From Lepidodermella squamata (lineage: Eukaryota > Animalia > Gastrotricha), in contig JBLDXI010000019.1 of NCBI GenBank assembly GCA_047495785.1, positions 2,170,001-2,234,000 on the forward strand: DNA of 64,000 nucleotides. Reading direction: 5' to 3'. How positions within the stretch are numbered: the stretch's first letter is position 1; each line of letters begins with the position of its first letter. The translations under genes and the position numbers were made by a program. The notes under the pieces were generated by a model. The model did no database searches. It saw only the letters and a list, made by a program, of their open reading frames with translations, and had not been told where the DNA came from. Shown in pieces: positions 1-12,189 of the stretch.

Positions 1-14
1 GCATTATATACAAT

Positions 15-1449
15 ATGTTCACATGTCGAAAAAATGAAATAATGCGAATACGCGTGAAAAGACTCATTTGCTACCTGTCTGGCTTCTTATCATTTTGTTT
101 GCTCATTGAAGTCATCAACATATCATTATTCGCCGGCAACGGACAGCGATATCACGATGGTCCCATGCGCATTATGCTTTGGACCAAATTTTTCGGCGAC
201 CCGAAATGGAAAACGTTTTTCAAATCGCTACCAGCGACTTTGCATTACAAGAATCAGGATCAGCAATGCATTATCATGACGAGGGATCAATTAGCGTTAA
301 AGGATGCCGATGCAGTGATATACCATGCCTACGATCTCGTGGATTTAGACTTTGAAAATCGAACTCGGACCCAATATTGGACTTATTTCACGCTGGAATC
401 TCCGAAAAGCATGTGGGCAGTCGAGGCGCTTGAAAATCAATTACGGCTGATTAATACCGTGAAATTTAACTGGACTATGAGCTACAACCGGAAAAATGAT
501 ATTTGGTATCCTTATGGCAAGTTCAAGCCAAGATCTGGCGAGAGTTCGCTTGACGTTCGGTCGAAAATAGCTGCCTTCCGGGAAGATTTCGCCTCTAGGC
601 CTAGGGATGCTGTTTGGATTGTTAGCAACTGTCGGTAAGTTTTTTTGCAAATTAAAAAATGTGATTCATTTGCCATATTCTTACAGCGCGTCCTCAGAGC
701 GAGAAAAGCTAGTCGCCAAACTTCGCAGCTTAGGACTGGATATTCAAGAGTTCGGCGAATGTAACGGCAAAAAGTTCAACGAAAGCGTTAGCTCAATAGA
801 TTTCAGCTCTTACCGTTACTTCCTAGCCCTGGAGAACTCGTTATGTGAAGATTACATATCAGAAAAGGTATTCCAAGCCTATCATGCAGGCCTGCGTTAC
901 GGAGTAATACCTATCATTTACGGCTCGGCCGATTACCGTGGCATGCTGCCACCTCACTCTTATATAGATGCTCGATCTTTCCGGAAAGTTTCAAATCTTT
1001 ACGATTTTCTCGCGCAGCTGTCGTCGAAAAATGGAACGCATATGCTTGCCAGCTTTTATGAGTGGCAAATTTACAACGAATTGGACGGCTATGATGAAAG
1101 CGGCAGTCATTACGTGTCAAAACATGGCTGGCCAGCTTTATGCGAGAAATTGTGGACAAGCATTGGTGAAGAATACACGGTCGACAATGTCTGGCACCAT
1201 CTCGGCCCTTGTGTTGGAAAGATTGACCAATCATATTTCGACATGTCAATACGAGAGGTTGCTAAGCTGTATATTCCAGATATTTACCATAGAATAATCG
1301 CGGTCAGGCCTCAGGCTCTCTATGATGGTTCTATTAACTGGGAGCAGCTCATTTCTCAATACAAATTCCAGGACCCGGCGACTGCGTGGGATAGAATAAA
1401 CTTTGAATACTACAGCATTTTGAATAAGCCTCAAGCGAATGAGTTTTGA
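15..1449 (+). CDS. Alpha-1,3-fucosyltransferase (GT10), paralog A; join(15..634,687..1449); likely start is the ATG at 42 (MRIRVKR)
   Basis: N-terminal TM anchor; motifs DAVIYH, TLESP, FNWTMSY and the alpha3-FucT motif YFLALENSLCEDYISEK. A 52-nt GT-AG intron (635..686) joins the two ORFs in frame (SNCR|ASSERE). AATAAA at ~1469. Confidence 0.93.
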
Positions 1450-1497
1450 ATGTGATGCTCTCTCATAGAATAAATTCATTCACATCATTTTTACTTG

Positions 1498-3040
1498 ATG
1501 ATTATACGCGTTAAAAGAATTTCTATTTCTATTATTAGGCACTACAAATGCCTGCTTTTACTCTTTTGCTTTCTGATTTTGATTTCGTTCATTCGACGAT
1601 GGCTTGCACAGAAGGCTGACTCGGAGGAGGAAGCCCGCCTCAATCGGCTGGCGCAGAAATTTTATCGCGAACACCCGAATTGGCAATATGAAATCTCAAG
1701 TCGCCTACATGATGCTGAAAAGCAAATCCCTACTAAAACAGTGTTACTATGGACAACATTTTTCGGCGACTGGTCTGACCATTTCGGTCACAACTATGGT
1801 CCCTATGTCGAACTGGAGGCTTACAACAACTCGAAACGGTGTTTTTTCACGAGGAAACGAGATTTTATTGAAGACGCTAGTGCTTTGATCTTTCATGGCC
1901 CTGATTTGCGGCTTGAAGATATGCCTTCGATAAGGCACCGCTTTCAGAGATGGATTTTCTACATGCATGAAACTCCAATCAATGCTCACTTTGTCACCTT
2001 AAAATGGAAATGGCTCGATAGTTTGAAATTCAACTGGACAATGTCTTATTCAAAGCAAAGCGATATCTATTATCCATATGGCCATTTGAGGAGGTCGAAA
2101 ATTCGTCTGGACCTGAAAAAGTGGCAAAGCAAGGTTCAGGGCTTCGCAAAGAGTTTTCGAACTCGGGAGAAGGATGCTGTTTGGATAGTAAGCAATTGCG
2201 GGTAGGTCTTATCTTGCTTCGAATTTTCGTGTGAATTTCCTCCAATCCTTCAATAGATCCTACTCTTACCGAGAGCAATATGTTCAGGCACTTATTGACC
2301 TTGGTCTTGACATCGACGTTTTCGGAAAATGTGGCAACACCTCAGTAGACGATGAATGGCGAACAAAAGGTGAAACTCAGTTCTTCACGAGATATCGATT
2401 TGTTTTAGCCCTCGAAAACTCGTTATGTGACGACTACATAACCGAGAAGGCTTTCCACGCTTTCTACGCAAATTTCATCGCCGGGCCTATTCCAATTGTC
2501 TACGGCGCAGGGAATTATAGTGACTTCTTTCCTGATGGAAGTTACATAAACTTGAAGAAGTACAGCAACATCAGCGAATTAGTTCAACTTATGAAAAGGC
2601 TTTCTAATCACGATGAACAGTCACCAGAGTTGATGAGATACTACGGCTGGCAGGGGACGGTCAATGCAGCCTATGATTTGGGCTATGAAATCGAGACCCC
2701 ATTCGACATAACCGCTCTCAACTTTTCAGTGGTGCAAAATGTCACAAGTGCTGAGCTGTCTGAACAATTAAGCTTTTACTTCCGCTGGCAGCGTGTTGTA
2801 AACCCGATTCAGCTAGGAAGCAATGACGAGACGAGGAAGAAAAAGCACGACGTTTACGCTTTGTATTACGCGAAACGAGCTGGTTGGAGGAGTCTCTGCA
2901 GGAAGCTCTGGGAGGAGGATTCTGGTCATCAAAAAACAGCTATTCCTCCTTTCGAATCAACAGTGAGAAACGTTCGTAAGAAGCTAGGCGAGTGTTACGC
3001 TCCTGATAAATCTCCAATAGAAGCCGCTTTTGGCACGTGA
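1498..3040 (+). CDS. Alpha-1,3-fucosyltransferase (GT10), paralog B; join(1498..2201,2257..3040)
   Basis: TM anchor; HETP, FNWTMSY and FVLALENSLCDDYITEK motifs. 55-nt GT-AG intron 2202..2256 at the same site and phase as in paralog A. AATAAA at ~3049. Confidence 0.93.
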
Positions 3041-3181
3041 AGTGCTTTAATAAAAACTATTTGAATGCAGGCATCTTGCCCTGTCTTTTGCAAACAATGT
3101 TGTAGTTGTTCACTCGCAGCTCGCAGCTTCACAATCGTGTCACATTTTCAATGTAGGTCGCAGTTTCTTTTGTAGCTAGGC

Positions 3182-4498
3182 ATGCTTGTTGCGGTAAAAC
3201 GGCTTTGCAACAAATATGTGATACTATTTGCCACGTCTTTTACGCTATCTTTGTTATTCATCACATCAACGTTTCACACAGGTGATGATAATCAATTCAA
3301 GGCTGGATGGCAGTTCCAGCCAGATCACCCAACCTCCAATTTTGCTAGCAAGAAAGTCGTTCTACTCTGGACGTCATTTTTCGGAAGTTGGTCTCGCCAT
3401 TTTACCATAAACAAAGGCCCTACAGTGATATTGCCTGATGGTAGGAAATGTCTCTTTACAGAGGACAGGTTTCAATTGGAACAGGCTGATGCACTCGTTT
3501 TCCACGCTAAGGATATCAATTTGAATGATCTGCCATTGAAACGATCTGAGAACCAGGTCTACATATTTCACTCTCTCGAGTCCCCTGCCAACTTGTACTT
3601 CGATGATGCAACTTGGCAGAAAATCAACACTATCGGCTTCAATTGGACCATGACATACTCTGCTATGTATTCGGATGTTCACCACCCGTATGGCTACATT
3701 AGGGCTTCGAAAAGTCCAGCTGGATTTGCGATGATAGAAGCAAAAATTCAGAAATTTGCAAGATCTTTCAGAAATCGGCCGAAAACAGCAGTTTGGTTTT
3801 CATCGAATTGTTTGACCCCTTCAAACCGTGAATTTTACGTCTACAATTTAATGGCCCTCGGCATTGAGGTCGATATTTTTGGCCTATGTGGTCGCAAAGC
3901 ACCGCCGATCACCAGTGAAGCGGAATTCTACTCGAATTATCAATTTGTCCTGGCTTTTGAAAACTCAATTTGCGATGACTACGTCACTGAAAAGGCCTTC
4001 CACGCGTTTTACGCGAATTTTATTGCCGGAACGATTCCAGTAGTTTTCGGAGGTGGTGATTACAATTATCACTTTCAAAGTGGAAGCTACATCGACATGA
4101 GATCATTCACGAGTCTTGAGGAACTTGTTGATTTGCTGAACAAATTATCCAAACTCGACGAAAGCTCGGAGGAATTGTTGAGTTATTACAAATGGCAGAA
4201 GGACCTTTATCCCATTTACGGTCATGGCTATGAATTAGAAGAAAATTCAGATAAGTACGTTCCAGACTATGCGAAAAGGGCTGCTTGGCGTAATCTGTGT
4301 AGGAAGCTTTGGGATCAAGACGATATCATCAAAGACTCAGTAAATGATGTTCGTTTCAGACTTGGAGGGTGCAAATCCCCTCCACTAAGCCCACCGCTTA
4401 TAATTGGGACAGATGAATTGCTGCCTTTACTAATTCCTAATAATAACAATGAAGCCATTGTTGTTTCATCAGATAATATTACTGCCATGGTTTTGTGA
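3182..4498 (+). CDS. Alpha-1,3-fucosyltransferase (GT10), paralog C, intronless
   Basis: Single 438-aa ORF with TM anchor, SLESP, FNWTMTY and FVLAFENSICDDYVTEK. Confidence 0.95.
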   Translation: MLVAVKRLCNKYVILFATSFTLSLLFITSTFHTGDDNQFKAGWQFQPDHPTSNFASKKVVLLWTSFFGSWSRHFTINKGPTVILPDGRKCLFTEDRFQLEQADALVFHAKDINLNDLPLKRSENQVYIFHSLESPANLYFDDATWQKINTIGFNWTMTYSAMYSDVHHPYGYIRASKSPAGFAMIEAKIQKFARSFRNRPKTAVWFSSNCLTPSNREFYVYNLMALGIEVDIFGLCGRKAPPITSEAEFYSNYQFVLAFENSICDDYVTEKAFHAFYANFIAGTIPVVFGGGDYNYHFQSGSYIDMRSFTSLEELVDLLNKLSKLDESSEELLSYYKWQKDLYPIYGHGYELEENSDKYVPDYAKRAAWRNLCRKLWDQDDIIKDSVNDVRFRLGGCKSPPLSPPLIIGTDELLPLLIPNNNNEAIVVSSDNITAMVL

Positions 4499-4643
4499 GT
4501 GCATTAATTTCATTATTAAAAATTGTATTGTTATTTGTTTTTTGGCTCAAAGTGGCGTGTTTGCTAATTATGCGTGACTCAGCTCCGCGCGCGATAGGGG
4601 GAGAGTGAGAAAACAATAAAGAAAGCTAATAATAATTTGGGGC

Positions 4644-5036
4644 ATGGCATCTAATTCAGCCAGTCATTATATTGTTATCGAGGAGGGCCAAGAAACAAAG
4701 TTGGCAATATGGCACCGAAAACTAGCCATTTTATTGGCAACACTTTCTTTCTGCTGCACATCTAATCCAATTTGTCTACCGTGCATCCTACCAGCTTACC
4801 TGTTATCAGTCATCCCTAAATGGAAATCAGACGCATGGCCTGTGAGAAAATCGACAATTTATTATCGCTTCTCTATTCTGCTGTCTGGGATTGTTTTATC
4901 GATTAGCGTCATTATTATCATTGTCGCTGTCAGTTTTGTGCTGCCTATGTTAAGGAAATATTACTACGATCTCATGAGAATGAAGGAGCAAGCCGAATCA
5001 GCAATGAAAATGGCTGAAGCGGCCAAGCAAGGATAA
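4644..5036 (+). CDS. CD225/dispanin (IFITM-like) small membrane protein 1
   Basis: Two hydrophobic segments, the first with a CC pair (LSFCCTSNPICLPCILPAYLLS), then a short basic loop and a second TM. Paralogous to the next ORF. Confidence 0.6.
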   Translation: MASNSASHYIVIEEGQETKLAIWHRKLAILLATLSFCCTSNPICLPCILPAYLLSVIPKWKSDAWPVRKSTIYYRFSILLSGIVLSISVIIIIVAVSFVLPMLRKYYYDLMRMKEQAESAMKMAEAAKQG

Positions 5037-5083
5037 TCGATAGAAATTGAGTTATCTAGCAATTCCTCTTCCTCAGTGCAACA

Positions 5084-5506
5084 ATGGATGCCAATACATC
5101 CTCGGGATCTCAAACCGGAAATGCTCCTAAAGGCTACGACGAAGAAGCCCTTAACCCTTTGATAGGCGATTCGCCCACCGACAAAACAACTTTATGCTGT
5201 AGGAAAGCTGCCATCTGTCTTAGCGTGATCTCCATTTTCTGCTGCACATTCGGCTGGATTTGCTCTATACCGGCAATTATTCTCGCAATGGTACCGAAAT
5301 GGTACGATAAGGACTGGTCTCAAAAGCGAGCGAGAATTTTCTACGCTTCAGCCATTATCCTGGCCTTCATGGCCATAGTAATTTCTGTGATCGCTCTGGC
5401 CTTGATTTGCAGCAATGTTTGCTTTCATCCCTCCTCATCAATGGTCTATTCAACTATAGGCCCAAGAAGACCCGCAGGAGCCGGTCGAATAGATTTCATA
5501 AACTGA
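5084..5506 (+). CDS. CD225/dispanin (IFITM-like) small membrane protein 2
   Basis: SIFCCTFGWICSIPAIILA followed by SQKRARIFYASAIIL resembles the dispanin CC-helix / AxxxSxxAR pattern. AATAAA at ~5552. Confidence 0.65.
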   Translation: MDANTSSGSQTGNAPKGYDEEALNPLIGDSPTDKTTLCCRKAAICLSVISIFCCTFGWICSIPAIILAMVPKWYDKDWSQKRARIFYASAIILAFMAIVISVIALALICSNVCFHPSSSMVYSTIGPRRPAGAGRIDFIN

Positions 5507-5619
5507 GCCCAAACACGCCTATTCATCAATTTTATACCTATACTTTCTATGAATAAATTCTATTGATGTCAACATGAAAGGAGTTTACTTATCTCTGAAA
5601 GTTGTAGTGTTGGATTTAC

Positions 5620-7044
5620 ATGGCTTGTTTTAGACTTAATAGCTCGCGAAAATTTAAACTTTGCTTGGGCTTGTTAATACTTGTGTTCCTTATCGCTACT
5701 TCTTCGCTCAATTCCAATGCGGATTGGAAGCGAATCGCCATTATCAAACGATCACTCAGCCTACACGGATTCCCAGCAGTGGCAACAACTCAGATTACAC
5801 CGAAAAAAGTCGAGGTGCAAAAGACCATAGTTTTATGGACGAATTATTTCGAGAAAAAGTGGAAAGATCACTTTGAGTTGAACGGCGGTCCTTACGTTGA
5901 GATCAGCAGTGAAAAGAAGTGCTTTTTCACTGATAACCGCGACCTAGCTGGAGCAGCTGATGCCATTGTTTTTCACATTCGCAACTTTAAAGCAAATGAC
6001 ACACCGAACACGATACGCTTACCCCATCAAAGGTGAGTTGTGGATTTTGTATTATTATTAAGGTTAAAATTATCAGTGTAGGTGGGTTATGTATAGCCTG
6101 GAGTCGCCTCAAAATACTGGTTTCCATGGAGACCAATACAAGGAAATAGATAAATTAGCTTTCAACTGGACCATGACATACAGACCAAAGGCTGACGTAT
6201 ACACGCCATACGCTATTATTCGCAAGAAAACTACATCTGAGAACGACACAGTAGAATTATCTGAGAAAATTCAAGAATTTACAGAAAATTTCTGGCGGAG
6301 GAAGAAAGATGCAGTTTGGCTAGTATCTAGTTGTGTAAGTCTTCCTGTTTTTCTGAATTTCCGACCTTACACCTTACTTTTTTATCACAGATCAGCAACT
6401 CAATGCGGGAGGTTATCGTTAAGATTTTGCTTGACCACGGCATTCGAGTTGATACATGGGGCCACTGTTCGGCGCAAAAGCCTGATTCTCTGATTAGACA
6501 AGGCGCGAAACAGTTCTTTTCCCAATACAAGTTCTACCTCAGCTTCGAGAACTCTTTATGCGATGACTATACGACAGAAAAGCCATTTCAGGGCCTCTAC
6601 TACAGCTATTTAGCTGGATGTATTCCTGTAGTCTACGGCTCGGCTCAAATTGGCGATCTACTTCCTGCTGGAAGCTATATAGACGTGAAAGGTTTCAAGT
6701 CGATAAGCGAAATGGCGAGGCATATGAAGACGTTATCTTGCCCGTCAGTCAATTTGACTCAATTAAGGAATTACTATCAATGGTTCATCGACGTGAATCC
6801 TTTGTATGAAAACGGATTCGAGTTGACCAAAGACGGCTCTGGAGCGTACCGAGACGATTATCTCAAGGGTAATAACTTCCGCGAATTGTGTAAACGCCTT
6901 TGGGAGGAAGATGGAGCTAAATCGCCGAAAACTATTCCCGACATGAAACAAGAGCTGGGTGAATGCTACCAGCCAGATCAAGAATTCACGGATAATTTGA
7001 AATATGTTAAGCTGTCTGATATTTATAAGCCTCCTCTTGTTTGA
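5620..7044 (+). CDS. Alpha-1,3-fucosyltransferase (GT10), paralog D; join(5620..6032,6082..6334,6391..7044)
   Basis: GT-AG introns of 49 and 56 nt give a continuous 439-aa protein with DAIVFH, SLESP, FNWTMTYR and FYLSFENSLCDDYTTEK. AATAAA at ~7052. Confidence 0.93.
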
Positions 7045-7688
7045 TATATGAAATAAAGTCAGTCTTTCAGCAGGCATTTTCGGATTTTTTTCTACCCAGG
7101 TGCGTAACCTCAATTATTAGGCCGGCGTTAAAAGTAGCAGGTAATTATCGCGATACCAACAACACACACCGCCGCTTGTTTGGAAATTTGGCGGCGGGGG
7201 CAAGCGTAAAATCCAACTCATTTTCATTATAAAAAAAATTCCCGACAGCAGCTTAACAGTAGCTGTTGCGTGTATATGTGTGTCGTGCTCATTGACGTCA
7301 CGAGCGGTGCATGCGAAATGAATGAGCCGAACGTCTTGAATTAGTTGTGAAGTGTTAAGGTGCAATGATTTTTTTGTTATATTTGGTTTAATACTGCACT
7401 GCGCGTCGGTTAAAACTGTACGCTGCCTATTTTTGTCAAATGGAACAGCTATTATACCGCGCCACGAGGAGGTGAAAAATGTTTACGAGTTAGCAACGCC
7501 AAGTAAAGCCTATAATTTCAAGGATTAACGCCGTATTTCACCTACCGAAAAAACGTTCACCCGCCCGTCATTTCTCATGCTTCGAGACCGATTCCAATCC
7601 TAGAGAGGTTTTCATAATTATTATGACGTAGGACGGCAATATAATATGACGCAAATTCAAAGTTATTTTTAAATAGGAGTAATGTTTA

Positions 7689-10600
7689 ATGAGTGAACCG
7701 ACCGAGCAGAGTGACGAGGCGGCGCCCAGGCCGCGTCTGCAGAGCAACGCCGCCGATGATGGTCCCAGGCCACGACTTCAAAGTGGAAATCGCGACGATA
7801 TATACCGTCCCCGCTTGAAATCCGACGCTAAAGCCGGAACAGTTGGCCGACGGCTTCAATCTGTTACTTTTTCGGTTGATGATACAAATGACCCGGCCAA
7901 GCAAGCTGCGGCTCCTCCAGTTACCAAGCAGCCGGAGCCAGAACATCCAACCGGCCCTCAGCCTGCTAAAATTGGCGCGAGAGGTCAGAGCTTTCTCGGC
8001 TCAATTTCGTCTCGAATGAGCACAGCTTCAAGGCCAGAACGACGTAACTCTGTTCTGAGCCCGAAGAAGCAACGAAATTTAGCCTGGCAGCGATTTCTCG
8101 AATCATGCTGCGGCAACTTGCTTCAGCGTGGTAGTAGCAAGAACGAGATGGATGACCTGAAGAAAGAAAGCCAGGTAGACTACCACAAAATTCCCCAAGA
8201 TCAACTGATATCCAGGCTCAGGACTGACACACATCGAGGTCTATCGAAGAATGAAGTCGCTAGGCGTTTGGAGAAATACGGTCTCAATCAACTGAAACCG
8301 CCACTTCAAACCCCGGAATGGTATAAGTTCGTCAGCCAAATGATTGGTGGCTTTTGCATCCTTCTCTGGATCGGAGCTGCTCTTTGCTTCATTGCCTACG
8401 GTATTCAAGCTAGTATTATGGACGACCCACCCCAGGATTACATCTACATCGGTGTTGTGCTGTGTGCCACTATCATTTTAACCGGTATTTTCTCTTACTA
8501 CCAAGAGGCGAAGTCTTCAAAAGTTATGGAGACGTTCAAAAAGTTCATGCCGCAATCGGCTACGGTAGTTCGAGAAGGAATGGACCAAAACGTGCCTGTT
8601 GAAGAAATTGTTATTGGCGACGTCGTGAAAATCAGAGGCGGAGACAAAATCCCGGCTGATTGCCGCGTTATCCAATCTAGTGGCTTGAAAGTTGACAACT
8701 CGTGTTTGACCGGTGAATCTGAACCGCAAAATCGAGGCCCGGAAACGTCGCATGAACAAATTTTGGAAACTCGCTGCATGATTTTCTTCTCGACTTTCGC
8801 CGTCGAAGGTACTGGTACTGCGATTGTTGTTGCTACTGGTGACAGCACCATTATGGGCCGTATCGCTCGTTTGACAACTGGAATTCAGTCGAAACCAACA
8901 CCGCTTGCTGTTGAGTTGAACCGTTTCGTCCATCTCATTTCAGGATTCGCCATTGGCATCGGTATCATTTTCTTGATTGTCATCCTTTCCCTTGGCATCT
9001 ATTGGGTCGATGGTATCATTTTCATTATTGGTATCATTGTCGCCAACGTACCTGAGGGGCTGCTTATTCAAGTCACCCTGTGCCTATCCCTTACCGCGAA
9101 AAAAATGGCCCAACATAATGCCTTGGTTAAAAATCTCGAGGCTGTGGAAACTCTGGGCTCGACGAGTACAATCTGCTCGGATAAAACCGGTACACTCACC
9201 CAAAATCGAATGACTGTCGCGCATATGTGGTTTAACGATAAAATTGTCGAGGCTGATATTTCAAAGGAGCAGAACAAGAGTCACTACAGCAAGAAATCTG
9301 TTGGTTGGCAGTTATTGATGAGAGTCGCTTCGCTATGCAACCGAGCTGTTTTCAAGCCGCCAGATCAGCAGACTAATTGGGAGGACATCATGTCTCGAGA
9401 GTGCATCGGCGACGGTTCTGAATCGGCCCTGCTTAAATTCGGCGAGTTGGCTTACATGCCCGTGGAAAGGTCCCGCAAGGAATGGCCGAAAGTTGCGGAA
9501 ATTCCATTCAACTCAGCCACGAAGTTTCAAGTCTCGATTCACAAGGCGCCGGAAATGTACGAAGGGATGTACTATCTGTTGGTTATGAAAGGAGCTCCGG
9601 AGCAAATCATCAGCATTTGCTCGACTGTAATTGATAACGATCAGGAGGTGCCGATTACTGAAGACTTCAAAGTTCGTTTCAATAAGGCCTATGAAGCCCT
9701 TGGCGGCATGGGTGAACGAGTTTTAGGATTTTGCGATCTCCCACTATCGCGAGAGGAATTCCCGGAAGAATTTAAGTTTGAAGTGGAGCCTGAGGCGAAT
9801 TTCCCACTCAAAGGTCTGCGATTCACTGGGCTTGTCTCCATGATTGACCCTCCTAGACCTGCCGTACCTGATGCCGTTAAGAAGTGCCGTGAAGCCGGTA
9901 TTCGAGTTATCATGGTCACTGGTGATCACCCTATCACTGCCTCTGCGATTGCTCGCCAAGTCGGCATCATATCTCCAACCTCGAAAACCGTTCAAGACAT
10001 CGCAACTGAACGTGGATGCTCTGTTAAAGATGTTGATCCTAAAGAGGCTGTTGCCGCCGCAATTCACGGTCAGGAGCTTCGTGAGATGTCCCCAGCTCAG
10101 CTAGATGATCTAATTGCTACTCATTGGGAGATAGTATTCGCAAGAACCTCGCCTCAACAGAAGCTTTTAATTGTCGAAGGATTCCAGAGAGCGGGAGCCA
10201 TTGTAGCCGTAACTGGTGATGGTGTGAACGACTCGCCTGCTCTCAAGAAAGCTGACATAGGTAAGCTTATTAATTTGAACCTTTCAATTCTATACTGATG
10301 TGACCCTAGGTGTGGCTATGGGTATTGCTGGGTCCGATGTCAGTAAACAAGCCGCTGATATGATTTTGATGGACGATAACTTCGCCACGATTGTCTTTTC
10401 GATTGAAGAGGGCCGTGTATTGTTCGATAACTTGAAGAAGTGCATCTGCTACATTCTCACATCGAACATCCCCGAGTTATCTGCCCCACTGGCCTACGTC
10501 ATGTTTTCGATCCCGTGCCCCCTAGGAACGATTCCTATGCTCGCCATCGATTTAGGAACTGACTTCGTGCCTGCGGTTACTTACGCTTACGAGCCAGCTG

Positions 10601-11193
10601 AGAGTGACATCATGAGGCGTAAACCTCGCCATCCAATCAAGGATAAGATGGTCAACTATCGAATGATGTCTGTCGCGTATGGTCAGCATGGTTTCTTGGA
10701 GGCTCTGGCTGGTTTCATGGTTTATTTCGTCGTCATGGTTGAAAATGGTTTTCTACCTGAACGCTTCTACGGCCTTCGCGAGAAGTGGGATTCGAAGGCG
10801 TGGAATAATTTGGAAGATTCTTATGGCCAGGAATGGACTTTCACCCAACGAAAAAGTGTCGAATACACCATTTATTCGTCATACTTCATTGCCGTTGTAG
10901 TCATGCAGTGGCTTGATTTGGCTATTTGTAAAACTAGACGCATGTCCTTGTTCCATCAAGGTTGGAATAATCATTGGCAAACATTTGGCCTATTTTTCGA
11001 GACGGCAGTCGTTATTCTGCTCTGTTACGTCCCGCCCATCTCAAAGGCCCTTCTCATGTATACCCCTAATGGTTTATGGTGGCTGTGTGCGTGTCCTTTT
11101 GCCTTTTTGATGATGGTTTACGATCAAGGTCGAAAATTTGTCATTCGTCGCATGGGTCCAGAATCTTGGCCTACAAAGGAGTTCTATTTTTAA
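7689..11193 (+). CDS. ATP1A: Na+/K+-transporting P-type ATPase alpha subunit (P2C), divergent; join(7689..10260,10310..11193), 1151 aa
   Basis: TGES, VANVPEGL, ICSDKTGT, DPPR, TGDH, GDGVNDSPALKKADIG|VAMG, LTSNIPE, IDLGTD and QWLD motifs. Ser rather than Lys in LTSNIPE favours Na,K- over H,K-ATPase. 49-nt intron 10261..10309. Confidence 0.96.
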
Positions 11194-12189
11194 AGCACAT
11201 GAATGTCTCATTTGACTAGTTCAAACGTTGCATCACGTGAATATTTTATTTTCCGATGAATTATTTGTTCATTCCATTCCGTCACGATAGAATGGAACAA
11301 CACGGTACGATACCCGAGTAATCGGTGAAATGTATTGTTGAAAATAAAGTCGATAAATATGTAGACATCGGCAAGAAGGCTATAGCAGCAAGTATCAATC
11401 ATAACAGGGAATCAAGACAACCTCAAGCATAACAAATGACATTTACTGTGATAGGTTATCAAGGTGCAGGATAAATGTACCCAATATAGACAGGCGATAG
11501 GCGCTTACGCTTGGCGCTCTATCAGTTACGAAATTCGGTGCCGGCTGGGTCGAAAAGACGGAATTGCTCTTTTATTAGATGAAGCGGCTAAACAGCTCCA
11601 GCCAATTAAGCTTTTGTTGAGGCCTCCTAATCGCATGCTCATACATCAGTGTGGTCCGTCGTCCAAGCCCAAAGTTTTAGGAGTCTGACTTCTTATGTCT
11701 GAAATGACAGACATAAATGGAGTCTCGACAATATATTTCACCATACTTCGTTAATTAATGCTAGTTTCAAGGTATCCGGGGCTTATTTGGAGCCACCAAT
11801 AATGGCCGCGGAGCCTGAGAAGCCTAAAAGAGCCTGAAAGGCTCCGGAGTCTGCAAGTGGACCACACTGTCAAATAGCTATGAGCTTGAATGCGATGTTG
11901 AACATCGAAACCAGCATATTTCAATTCCAGGCTTCAGGGGTATCAGGGTTTCGGCTTCAACACTTTCTGGTATGCAAGATATCCACGAAAGACGAGGGTT
12001 CAGGGTGCAACGAAAAAATGTAAATAAATAAAAGAGTAAACATTGTCTTAGCTGTTTTGCAGTCGGAGAAAGATGACAAATTATTTCATCACAGGTTTGT
12101 ATATAATATATCCGGTTGAAACATTCTTGTTGCTTCTCGTTTTCTCGTAGATCCAACAAGTGTGAATAATTTCAAATGTCCATACTCAC

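Noticed and set aside
1443-1538. In-frame splice fusing fucosyltransferases A and B
   Set aside because: The donor is weak (gttttg), an AATAAA intervenes, both genes have matching MxIRVKR starts, and the resulting topology is implausible.
8498-10104. Short overlapping ORFs within the ATPase and other genes
   Set aside because: Alternative-frame by-products with no motifs or splice support.
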